Of a DNA stretch of 64,000 bases, positions 52,781-64,000 are shown in pieces; positions within the stretch are counted from its first letter, which is position 1; the number at the start of each line of letters is the position of its first letter. Under the pieces are notes generated by a model. It was given only the letters and a program-made list of their open reading frames with translations, searched no databases and was not told the DNA's origin. A program made the translations under genes and the position numbers. The stretch comes from Octopus bimaculoides. Its lineage: Eukaryota. The stretch covers positions 55,377,139-55,441,138 of the forward strand of contig NC_068997.1 of assembly GCF_001194135.2 (NCBI RefSeq), written 5' to 3'.

Positions 52781-53897
52781 AGAGTACAGTTGTGTGTGTG
52801 TGTGTGTATTTGAATGGCAATATGCACGTTTCTTAAATGCACAAAAATGGGCATTTAATACCCTAAGCCACATCCGGTGAGGTGGGGTAAATAACTGAAC
52901 TGTAACATGATAGTAAGGGCTCTTTAGTCTTCCCCATCTGAAAACAACATCCCTAGCGATAACAGCACAATAAAATACATCAAACACACTAAAATTAGTG
53001 AGAAGAAGGGTATCCAGCCATGCCTTACCCTATGAGATATAGACTTTACTAGCTCCATTGTAAGCTGCCAGTCAAGAATGGAATTAACTGTAAATAAGGA
53101 TTGTTCTTAGAATGAAAAAAATTCTTTAGTCCACCTCCTCACATAGGACAAGCTGTCTGGTGCCCCTGGTATGATGAAACATGCCCATTCCATACACTGA
53201 ATTCTGTATCATGTTGCTACTGGCCTGTTTCCTTTGTTGTGGCTAAGGATGATGGTGACCCATTGAGCCCAGGCTGAACCGGATAAACAGGCATAGAATT
53301 TTGATGTTGGTGATCAAATTATCTACACATACACACAAGCAAACGTACCAGCACACATTCACCTATATGCACACAAACACACTCACTCATACACACACAC
53401 ACACACACACACACATTATTTCATTACTTCCAGTGCAATAAATACATCATCATCATCATCACCCTAGCCTTCATAACTAACTCATTCATCTTCTGCTCCA
53501 CAGCCATTTATTAAGAACCATTGTTGATGACACCACCATCACCATACTCAGTACAACCATCATCATTTTCCCTCTCTTCTTTATTTTCTTTAGCATTATA
53601 AGCATAGACATTGCTATCACCATCCATACCATCACATAAACTTCTCCTTTCCCAACATTACTTCCTCCCCCACCCATTGGTATACCTATCTTTCTGTCGC
53701 CAGAGCACAAAACGAGCCATCTTTCCTTATTTACTAATTTAGTCTCTGACTAACGATACATTAATGCTCCTATTTTGGCAGTTTCATTGCTTTTGATAAC
53801 TTCTCACATACATACATATATACATACCCACATACATACATATATATTTATATATATGTAATATGTACATGTATAATGTGTGTGTGAATGTTGTATT

Positions 53898-53951
<54 letters not shown>

Positions 53952-53983
53952 AATATGAATTAAATGTATGTGTATTTATATGC

Positions 53984-54032
<49 letters not shown>

Positions 54033-54650
54033 ATGTATACAACCAGACAGAATGTTGTGCTGATGTATATACCCCAATGCCCCCAGAGGGTTTCTACCGT
54101 CAGTAAGGTAATTAAAGGAAAAGCTTGAAATTGTTTGTGGAGGAAAAGTAATTCTTTTCTTCAAATTAGATCACCAAAAATAGTCCAGCAGTTACCACAG
54201 AGAATATATATATTCCACTGTTATACAGTCTGTCATATCAATGCTTATATTGTAAAGATATTTATAGAAGCAACTTTGAAATAGAAAAAAAATATACATC
54301 ATTGCATAGGACGCACGATTGATTATCTTCACGAAAAAGCTTCCTTTTGGATTTATTTATTGGTTTTGGAGGATGTGGTTTATAAGTCTGGTTGTTTATT
54401 GTGAATGTTCCATATGTTACGATAACAATATGGCTGTGGAAAATTGCTTGGGACAGTGTTCTGTCGACTAAACACAAATACTGAAGGGTTTTCACTTGTA
54501 ATGATGAAGTCAATTCAGGAGCTTTGATCAATTGACAATATTCAACCAATTAGTTGTTAAATGGTCCCTCTAAAAACAATAAGTAGGGGAGATAAATTAA
54601 ATAAGACAAGCTGATATGAGTTTTTGGACAATGCATAAATGTCAATTAGA

Positions 54651-54712
<62 letters not shown>

Positions 54713-54806
54713 TACATACTTTTATAAAACAAATTTTACAAAATATATAGTATTTGTTAACAGTCTTAGCAAAAAGCTCAGGTGAGTTTTTGTATATATA
54801 TATATG

Positions 54807-54864
54807 TATACATGTCTCTTAAAGGATAGAATGCATTGATTTTGAGCTCTATCCTTTAAGAGAC

Positions 54865-54871
<7 letters not shown>
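54807..54871. repeat. Perfect 24-bp inverted repeat with 17-nt loop inside (TA)n
   Basis: TATACATGTCTCTTAAAGGATAGA / TCTATCCTTTAAGAGACATGTATA. Confidence 0.95.
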
Positions 54872-54904
<33 letters not shown>

Positions 54905-55140
54905 GCATATATTTTTTTATATATATACATGGTTTTGACATTTAAGCAAACCATGTCAGAGCAAAATATTCTGCCTGTTTTATGTTCAAATTGGTCAGAT
55001 CTGACTTCTCACACCTACCCTACAATGTCATACTAAACGTTATACACATATATACACATATATGTTATAATATATCATATATATATGTATGTGTGTGTGT
55101 ATAATATACATATCATATGCACATCATACATATATAATCT

Positions 55141-55541
55141 TTTATTTTACTTGTTTCTGTCATTATACTGAGGCCATGCTAGGGCACTGCCTTGAAGAAT
55201 TTTAGTCTAACGAATCGGTCCCAGTACTTATTATTTTGTTCATTTGTTTATTTTGAAGTCTGGTATTTATTCTATGAGGCTCTTTTGCTGATTTGCTAAG
55301 TTACGGGGATGTAAACACACCGACACCAGTTGTCAAGCAGTGGTGGGGAGCAGGCACAGACACAAAGACATGCTTAGGTCTAAAACAGGCTTCTTTCTGT
55401 TCCTTCCTAACAAACCCACCTTATAAGGCATTGGTCAGCCGAAGTCTACTATAGAAGACACTTGCCCAACGTGCCATATAGTGGGACTGAAGCTGGAACC
55501 ATGTGGTTGAGGAGTAAACTTCTTACCCCACAGCCATACCT
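55141..55541 (-). mobile_element. SINE family A, full length
   Basis: Same body and reverse-complemented head as 29172 and 41516. Confidence 0.88.
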
Positions 55542-55629
55542 GGACCTAGGTGGAAATAATATATATACATTTTATATATACTAGGTACCTGTTATATAAC
55601 TACATATAATAAATATATGTTACATATAC

Positions 55630-55669
<40 letters not shown>

Positions 55670-57571
55670 GATACTTTTCTAGTTTATTAGTGAGAAGGTA
55701 AACTGAGTTAATCTCTCTTGGTTACTTTCTTCTCCTACTACTACTACTACTGATGCTAATATTACTATCCATGTAAATGTCTAGATTCCCTGCAATAATC
55801 CCCTAATGGAAAATATGCTGCCAGCTGTATTTGAAATAATGACAATCATAAATTCCTTTATTCCATTTTTTGTTGTTTGAGAGCCAAAGATAAGTAATTG
55901 AAAGAAATATAGACTCATGTCAAAAACATCTGGTCTCAGTTCTAGCAGTAAAAACAAAAAACAAAACAAAAAAACCTAAAAAACAAACTCTATGGAGAGG
56001 TCAGTTGTTCTGTGTTTTGTTGCTTATTTTTTTTTTACTTATTTCCTTTTGCATTATTTTCAATTTCCCTACAAGACTAATATTGTTATATAACATAATT
56101 CAAATAAATTTAAATATCTAAAATATATATTTTATTGCATTCTGTCTTACTACATAATGCCGTTATGTTGCTATGGGAAATTATATGAAGTTTTTTTGTA
56201 AGTTTCTAAAACTGGATTTCATGAGTATACTATCAAGTAGATCAATAGTGTCATTAATCCGTTATGCAAATGGAAAGAATAAAGCAAAGCAAAATAACAA
56301 GTCTTTCAAAACTCAATATCACATTTTGATTGTCTTGCAGTCTTCAACAATTTCCAATATTAAATATTTTAATCATACCATTCCTGTCCTTCTTCAAGTG
56401 ATATTTTTTGATTCTTTAATCCCTCCAGTTAAGTCATGATGCTCCTCTCACTAACAAAAATAGCTGATCTATAGGAATTCGTTTTTTGTTCTTCATTCAA
56501 AACAGTGTACCAATCTCTTCAACAGCACCACTCTACCTGTGTTCTTTAATTTTTAACACTATTTCCCTCTGTGATGCAGACCTTGCCATTTTTCATCTCT
56601 TAGCAACCTTTCACACTCAGGAGACAACAACATATAATATACACTACTTCTTCTAGTTTTATGAAGAAATAGAAAGAACTAAACAAGAACCACAACAACA
56701 GTTGACCCAATTTTAAGGCACATCACAAATGTAATGGGAACAGGCATCAATTCTTCATTATATTGTCATGACTTTTAGTTTCTAGGATGGAATCCTTAAA
56801 AGATACACTTTCATCTCTTATTTGACACCATGGATTAATTTGGCTTATCAATTCTTGTCCCAAATATTATGTCAGAGCATTACAAAGAACTTAAATAAAG
56901 AAGATAGAATAAAAGCAACATGTGTGCATGTGCTTGCATTTGTGCATTTGTCTGTGTGTGCATTTGTATTTTCAAATATATATTTGTGCCTGTGTGTACA
57001 TCTGTGTTCATTTATCTGTGCATGTATAGCCACACAAAAGGACTCAATCACAAATTTTCTCCATGTAAAGTCTCTAATAATACTCAGTAGAATTTCCAAT
57101 ATTAAAAAAATACAAAAAACTCTCAATTTCCTACTAAAAGACTTTTGGATTGAGCAAGAGAGATTATCTTCATCTCTCTTCACAGTTTCATTACCCACCA
57201 AGGAATTTTTTTCAAAAACATGTTAACAGAATTTTGAACTAGCTTTTTTTTTTTTCTGTACTGATACCACAACTCCCATTGCTGATATACTGCTTCTCTT
57301 TCTTTTCCAAGAATTACAATATTACAAGTATGGCTATTCACAGAGAAATAATCTGCTTTTTTTTTTCTTTTTTTTTCTCAAGAGACTTTTCTTTTATGTT
57401 AGTTACCAATTTTAAAAGAGATGCCATTCAGGGTATTCACTTAATCTTATACCCAACCCCAATTCTTATATTAAATCTTATTTTATTAAAAATGTTCATT
57501 GAAATTCAGTTTTTTTGTTGTCTTCTTTGTCTTTTTAACTCTTATTTTTTTTTGTTCCTGGAATCCTGTAG

Positions 57572-57776
57572 TGTGCATATAAAAGATTAAATATTCACAA
57601 GTCAGTGTGTGGAATGAAAGCTTTTAGCTATAATGCATCTTATGGTTCATCTGGTACAAATGTTTTCGGAGATAGGAATATCTTTACTCAAATCAAATCG
57701 GTCTTAGCATTTTCTTTCAAAAATAAACAAAATATTGTTTCTTATAAGCGATCACTTCTAAAAGCCAAAATTCAAA
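57572..57776 (+). CDS. Best candidate coding exon, unknown protein (CAYKRLNIHKSVCGMKAFSYNASYGSSGTNVFGDRNIFTQIKSVLAFSFKNKQNIVSYKRSLLKAKIQ)
   Basis: T-rich acceptor ...tttttttgttcctggaatcctgtag, 68 open codons, consensus donor A|gtatgt. An alternative in-frame AG lies at 57601. No homology recognised. Confidence 0.4.
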
Positions 57777-59024
57777 GTATGTATTTCTAAATATGTGTGT
57801 GTTTGTATCTATATATATATCAAAGAATAAATTACTTTTAAACCTTTTGAATATCAAATGAATGGATACAATAAAATACAATTACTTAAAATATATTTGC
57901 AACTACAATACTTTAGATACTGTAGATATATTTAGGTCACAGATATTTACTTTTAAGACATCAGACTCTGAATTGATAATTTTGAATGTAGGAATTTTTT
58001 TGAATAGAATTCATTAATTACTATTATGATCAACTTTTTAATTTTCTTTAATTATTATTCCAAGTTCAGCTTTTGATGATGCAACACAGCAATCTTAACT
58101 ATCAATTTTTGTGCACAAGAGAAAAACCTGAGATGATCATGTTTTAATATTCTACAATCATTTGATTACAGAGAACTCTGAAGGGAAAAACAGAAAAGAA
58201 AAGATGCCATGCTGTGCACTGACAATGGAAAATGCTTCTGCTTGAAGAAGAAGTTGGGAAGGAGAGATGGGGTCAGAGCTGGAAATGTTGTGTCTCATCA
58301 ATGAAGGTATGATGAAGAATCAAGTGAATTTGTGAATTGCTGTATTGCTGACTGATGCAACCCATGACAAATTAGAAAACAGATGTAAAAACGATGATAA
58401 TAATGAGATACTACTTGAGATAAGTAGAGGAGAAAATGTATTTTGACCGAAAGTTTGCTGTTTATTTTTAAATTAATTGATAAGCGCTACTATCAAATTT
58501 GATGATGTGTTTCTCAATGACAAACAAGTTTACATGTGATACAGGAAGAAATGAGAGATTACTAATTGTAGAGGCAATTATTAAACTCATCAGTTAAATT
58601 CATTGCCATTAAATATAAACTCTCCATTTCACATCCATAAATGCGTATTCTAAATGTAAGAAAAGTTATGGGGACCATTAATCAATGTAACAATGCATAG
58701 CACACATTATCACCATACTACACATGCATAGGAGCATGCATGAACACATATACATACATACATACACTACATACACATGTATGAATACATACTTACACAC
58801 ATTACAGACATACCTGCTTGCATACTTTCACACAAGCATGGAATTCCTTTTTTGTAGATCAAGTTTCCTGCCCCAACATTCACAAGATGATCCCTCAAGC
58901 CACAAGAAAGAAATCCAGAATTGCTCAAAAACTTATAGCAAACTTTTATTTATCCGTTGTATACAACTGCTTCTATTTATTCAATTATGAATCAAAAAAG
59001 TAAGGACAGTGATGCAAATGAATT

Positions 59025-60260
59025 ATCATCCAAGTGATTCTGATGATTAAAATTTGTGAAAAAACCTGGAAATTATTAAATGATGTGAACATGGTGAATT
59101 GTTTGCAAAAATTTCAAGCGCCAGCAGAATATATGAATCATTTGAAAGGACCATGATGAAAAAGAAAGATGAATAGAAATAGCAAGATATGACCACATGA
59201 GCATAAATATGAAAAGCAACCAACAAACATAAAAAAGCCCTATAATTTCCAACAAGGAATGTCTTTTATTATTGTGGATTAAAGACTGAAATTACAAAGG
59301 AACTGCATTCAGTTAATCCTTCAAGCTATAACAATCTTTATAAGCTAACAGAAAACAAAGAATGCGAAACAAATGAGGAATTGAAAGCAAGTCAAGGATA
59401 GGGCTATTATTTTAAGGAATTTCAAAAGTACATAAAGAACAAAATATAGAAAGAAAAGATTTCTGGTGAAATTGCAAATGGAAGCAAAATTCGTGCTGAG
59501 AAATTTCCTGATGAATCAAAAAAGATTATTGAAGAAGATGGATGCAAAGAACAACAAATTTTTAATGCTGATAGTAATGGATTGGTCTGGAAATAAATGC
59601 ATATACAAACATTTTGGCAGCAAAAGAGAAATCTCAAGAAAGGCACAAATATGTAAATGATTATTCGACACTCTTTTGGGTGTCAATGTAATTGGAACCT
59701 GCAAATTCGAATATACAGTGGCATATCAATTTCAAAACCCTAGAGCTTCGTCATTAACAAAATTTTGGAAAATGCATATGATCAGAGACACTATTATAAA
59801 CATAGGTGTTTCATGGCCTGAAGATGATGCTAGCTACACATGCTGGGAGTTAGCAATATGTTTTACTGCATTTTGTAACTGACTTTTCTGGCTTGGAATC
59901 AATGATCAGAAACAATTGCAGAAGATATCATTCAAAATGATAAAAGTCTAGGGCTTGAAACTTTCAACACCACTGACATCCATAAGGGAAGTGATTCTCA
60001 TTCAAGGAATATTGATGATGAAATACTTGAAAATGGACGTTAAACTTGCTTATGGATATGAAGAAGAAAATTTAAATGTAAATCTTATGGAAGGAACAAC
60101 TGCTAATGAATTTACAATGCATGAAATGGAAGGTCTTAGCAAAAAAACTATTCCCCCAGATCCAAACATAGAAAGAAGCATGAGAGTTCAACTAATCTTG
60201 TAAAATTTATTTTGATATTACAATGACATGTATGAAGAGATAAAAAAGACATTAGCCCAG
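59025..60260 (+). mobile_element. Decayed Tigger/pogo-family DNA transposon, internally deleted
   Basis: Remnants ECLLLLWIKD, ELKASQG*, KISGEIANG...AEKFPDESKKIIEEDGCKEQQIFNADSNGLVWK, LGVNVIG.CK.....FQNPRA and FWK..IRDTIINI..SW match the Tigger motifs EKLL..WI.D, FKAS.GW, GEAASAD...FP..L..IIEE.GY...QVFNADETGLFWK, GANAAG...ENPRA and FWK...I.D.I.NI..SW. TIRs not resolved. Confidence 0.88.
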
Positions 60261-61126
60261 ACTATGTTATCCAAATATTTCTCTAAAAAAATGAATCTTA
60301 CATCTAATTGTATGTTTAGTCAAATAGAAAATAACCAAAAGAAACTTATTCTTTCTTTTGTTTTTGTTTCTGACATTTGTAATGAGTCAGTGAGGGATTT
60401 AAATTACATAAGATGCATCTCACAATGGGGTTTCCAACAAGACATCAAGGATATGGAACACATTAACAGTGCCAGTTCTAAGACAGTACAGTGCAGAACT
60501 ATTGAGGCAGTATGAGATTATACAGAGACACACACACACACTCATCTTGTCAGTGGGTTCAACTACTTGGCTGTGCTCATACTGGAGCACAGCCATATAC
60601 TGTTACAGGCTAACATCTAGAATAAAAAAGAAATGATGAATGTTGAGCTTCAGGAAAAGTTCCTACATTATAAATTCATAGAAGAAATAACTGAATTACA
60701 TTGAATTGATTTATTGTGAGAAGTAAAAAAAACTGCAATGTTTCAAACACTTGTCTTTCTTTGAGAACAAATACAGCAGTTGATGCCATAATTGTGGAAA
60801 GGTTCACTGTCATAGCTTCTACATTATTTCTCTCTTTTAAAAGAAAATCATCCAAAATATTATCTTTTTTTTTTCATTCCTCACAGCAAATCAACTCACT
60901 GGAATTATTTTTCTTCTATAAACATTACACATATATATATGCATGAAATATAATAAATATACAACTCATATGCATATGATATTATAGATATACATATCAT
61001 ATATAATATATATGTAAAATTATAAATATGCATATTGTATACCTAGGATTTACATATAACATTCGAAATATATGTATGATAGTGTAAGAATACATTTAAT
61101 ATCATAAAGTGAAATTTCTTTTTTAA

Positions 61127-61346
61127 CCTTTCAACATCTAAGTAAACCATATCAGAGCAAAATATTCTGCTTGTTTTATGTTCAAATTGGTCAGATCTGA
61201 CTTCTCACACCTACCCTACAATGTCATACTAAAAATGTACACTTTCATCATCGAAACCTCAAAGTTACAAGATAAATCATGATTAATTCAAAACAATGTG
61301 ATTAAATAAGGATTAAATTTGACAATGTAATCTGAATGCTAAAGGG
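61127..61346 (+). mobile_element. piggyBac-type MITE
   Basis: TTAA at 61123-61126 and 61347-61350; ends CCTTTCAACAT ... ATGCTAAAGGG. Confidence 0.75.
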
Positions 61347-63499
61347 TTAAGCTGACACAAGCTTGTGTTTTTCAAAGTTAAGATTCCTGATTAATCCTTG
61401 AGACTGAACAGTAAATTTACCAATAAGCAAGCTCTTTCCTTGGGTGTAAAAGAATTGATCTAATTGATTCTATTATCAGAATGTGACTAATCAATAAACA
61501 AATTGTCAGGTTTTGTGTTCCTTCTTTAAGAGATATGTTATATTACATTTTCGAAGATATCAACACAAATTAGAATCGTAATTGTGAATATATTTCCTTA
61601 CATCCCACACCTGATAAAGATGCTAACAGAATATAATATAGTTTCCAATATATTCACAGAGTTGTTTTTTGCTTCCTTTCAAGCTCTCATATTCTTAAAG
61701 AGCAAATTCAGTAACCAGACTGGCTAGAGTTGTGAGTGTTGTTGCAATTACAGATAAAGCTCATTGTAAATATGTTGATAAATAAATTAAGAGGCGATCT
61801 ATTAAATGATGTATATCAATATTGTACATTAACTGAAATTGCCTTCTTAACTGAGAAAGAAAACTTTAACCTAGAGGTATTTCTCAATGCAACTAAAGAA
61901 AAGAGAACATTTCAAGAAATTAAGGATTTATTTCACAAATTTTATTTACGTGTAGATATGTCACTATCTCTGTTAATTACTGATGTGTATGTTTATGTTG
62001 AGAAACCTGAGTGTGTGTAACATTGTAAAAACTAAGATGGATATTTCTGTGTCTTTTCTTCCATTCTGACTCAGGTAAGAATTTCTGGAGATTATGTTTG
62101 ATGAATGAAATTTGCCAATAAATAACTGATCTAAAGAATATAGCAAGGTAATTGATGAAGACAATTTAGAATATGAATAATTTTTACTGAAACAATACTC
62201 AATACAGAAAACTATGGCTATTGCAGTTTTGAATAGACACAGGTACCCTGCTGGCCTCCCAATCTGACTCAATGGAACATCCAGGATAGGATAGCTGGAA
62301 GGATAGGAGTCTCAAAGAGCACCTGCTTGGTACTCATGAGTTGACAAGAGCAATGGAAAATGAAGTACCTTCCTGAAGAACAAAATACTATCAGGTCCAG
62401 GAATTGAACTCTTTACTTTATGATCATGAAACCGACTCTTTAACTATGAGGCTTTGTGCCACCAGTCAGTAAATAAAAAATTAGCATTTAAACCTAAGTT
62501 TCCACGAATAGAAGAATCACCTTGGAATTCGCTAAACTCAACATGAGATGTTGATCAGTTTAAAAAAACTGAGCTGCAACTAAATATAAAAACAAGAACA
62601 GAGGACAGTTCCTGTAAAGTATTATGAATATGTAGAAATATATAAATTTGCCAATATTTAAAGAGAAAATAATGTTCTTTGATCGATATTTAATTTTTCT
62701 GTTTGGCAATTTTCGTTTTGCAGAGAAAAAAAAAAAGGCAAAACAAAGTTTACCAAAGTTATTTTAGTTCTATAAGAACAGTGTACATACTTGCTGAATA
62801 GAGAAATTGGACCTTAATACATTATGTGGGAATGAAAAAGAATCCAAGTTAAAAGGATTTAAGAGAGGAAGAAGGTGTTTCTACAATTTTTATTAACAGA
62901 TTGTATACAATATTTAACATGAGTTGTTCAATTTCAATCATTTAATTTTCTTTTCAGTCAAATATTTATGCAGATATTGCGAGTTAGAAATAAAGAAAAT
63001 AACAACAACATTATTTGCAGCTGTTGGCACTTGAACATTTGTAGCTGGACAAAGAAAACTTTCCTTATATTTTATTTACATTCTATAAGTTGTGGATTTT
63101 TAAGTATGCTTTTATTCCCCTCTCACTAAACATAACTGCACAGATTGTTTGACAAAATCAATTTCTAGTTTTGTTGTTCAGAAACATTTTTATTCTGACA
63201 TTAATATTTCTTAGAATATGGCAGTTAGCATTAGAAGATTTTACTAAGCATATATGACAGAATTGATTCTGTTGAATACATTTACTTAAAGCTGACATTT
63301 AAACAAAATACATGCAGGAATTTCATACCAAGAATGCAACAATTATGTGTGAAGAGGTGCAGAGTATAGGCAACAGGTTAAAAGCCAAACTCGCCTCAGT
63401 TATTTTTTTTTATTTTACTAAATTGAGGATTGAGGGAGCAGACTTGGTATGAGTAGCACTTACTGTTGAATTGTATGAAAACAAAAATCCATTAGCATC

Positions 63500-63880
63500 A
63501 ACATACTAGTCATATTTAGTAGTTAAGGGGTGGTGGTTGTCTACTGATGATCGAAATTTAAAATAGAGAAGAGATATTAAACTGATTAAATTCTTCAAGC
63601 TGAAAGGAAGGTGTTTGTCAATGTTGTGTAGTGTGAGGTCCAGAGGCAGGAGGTGTTCTGGATTGCAAGATAATGTGTCAGAGAAAAGTTGTGATGTTAG
63701 ATGGTGGTTTACTTGCACTTAGAGGCCCTGCAAGGAAAGAGGTATGAAAGTGAAACTATGAAAAGCTACTAAATGTGTTTAATATATGGGAGAAGGAGGG
63801 TCTCCCTAATGTGAACCCAACAGAGAGATCAACAATCTGAGTTGACAGCAGCATGATAGATAAATAGATAAAGCAATTAA
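63500..63880 (-). mobile_element. Possible highly decayed L2/jockey-type LINE RT fragment
   Basis: C-rich reverse strand with a weak resemblance to the post-YADD region (..LKNLISL..). Motifs are not intact. Confidence 0.25.
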
Positions 63881-64000
63881 GGATATGTCAAACGTTCTGA
63901 CCCATTCCAATATGGAAAGTAGGAGTTGAATTATGATGATGATGATGATAATACACACACAAATATATGTACAGTACACGACAAAACTATAACTGCATTA

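Overview
AT-rich eukaryotic DNA, dense in microsatellites and tRNA-derived SINEs, with four assembly gaps. It is most likely an Octopus genome; this is an inference from the repeat families and composition, not a database result. No host protein-coding gene could be identified with confidence: almost all listed ORFs are microsatellite or repeat translations, and only a few splice-flanked candidate exons remain. Recognisable content is decayed transposons (Tc1, mariner, Tigger/pogo, piggyBac-type MITEs, a Helitron, an RTE LINE, and an R4/Dong-type RLE fragment) plus several SINE families. The most interesting signal is a set of short non-autonomous elements carrying minimal type I hammerhead-ribozyme motifs of the kind known from Penelope-like elements. 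One family fuses a tRNA-derived Pol III head to the hammerhead tail (37.5-37.9 kb, second copy at 45 kb). Two such insertions are fold-backs in which only the inverted arm carries the extra 3' tail. Several long inverted repeats and hairpins are candidate dsRNA or ADAR substrates.
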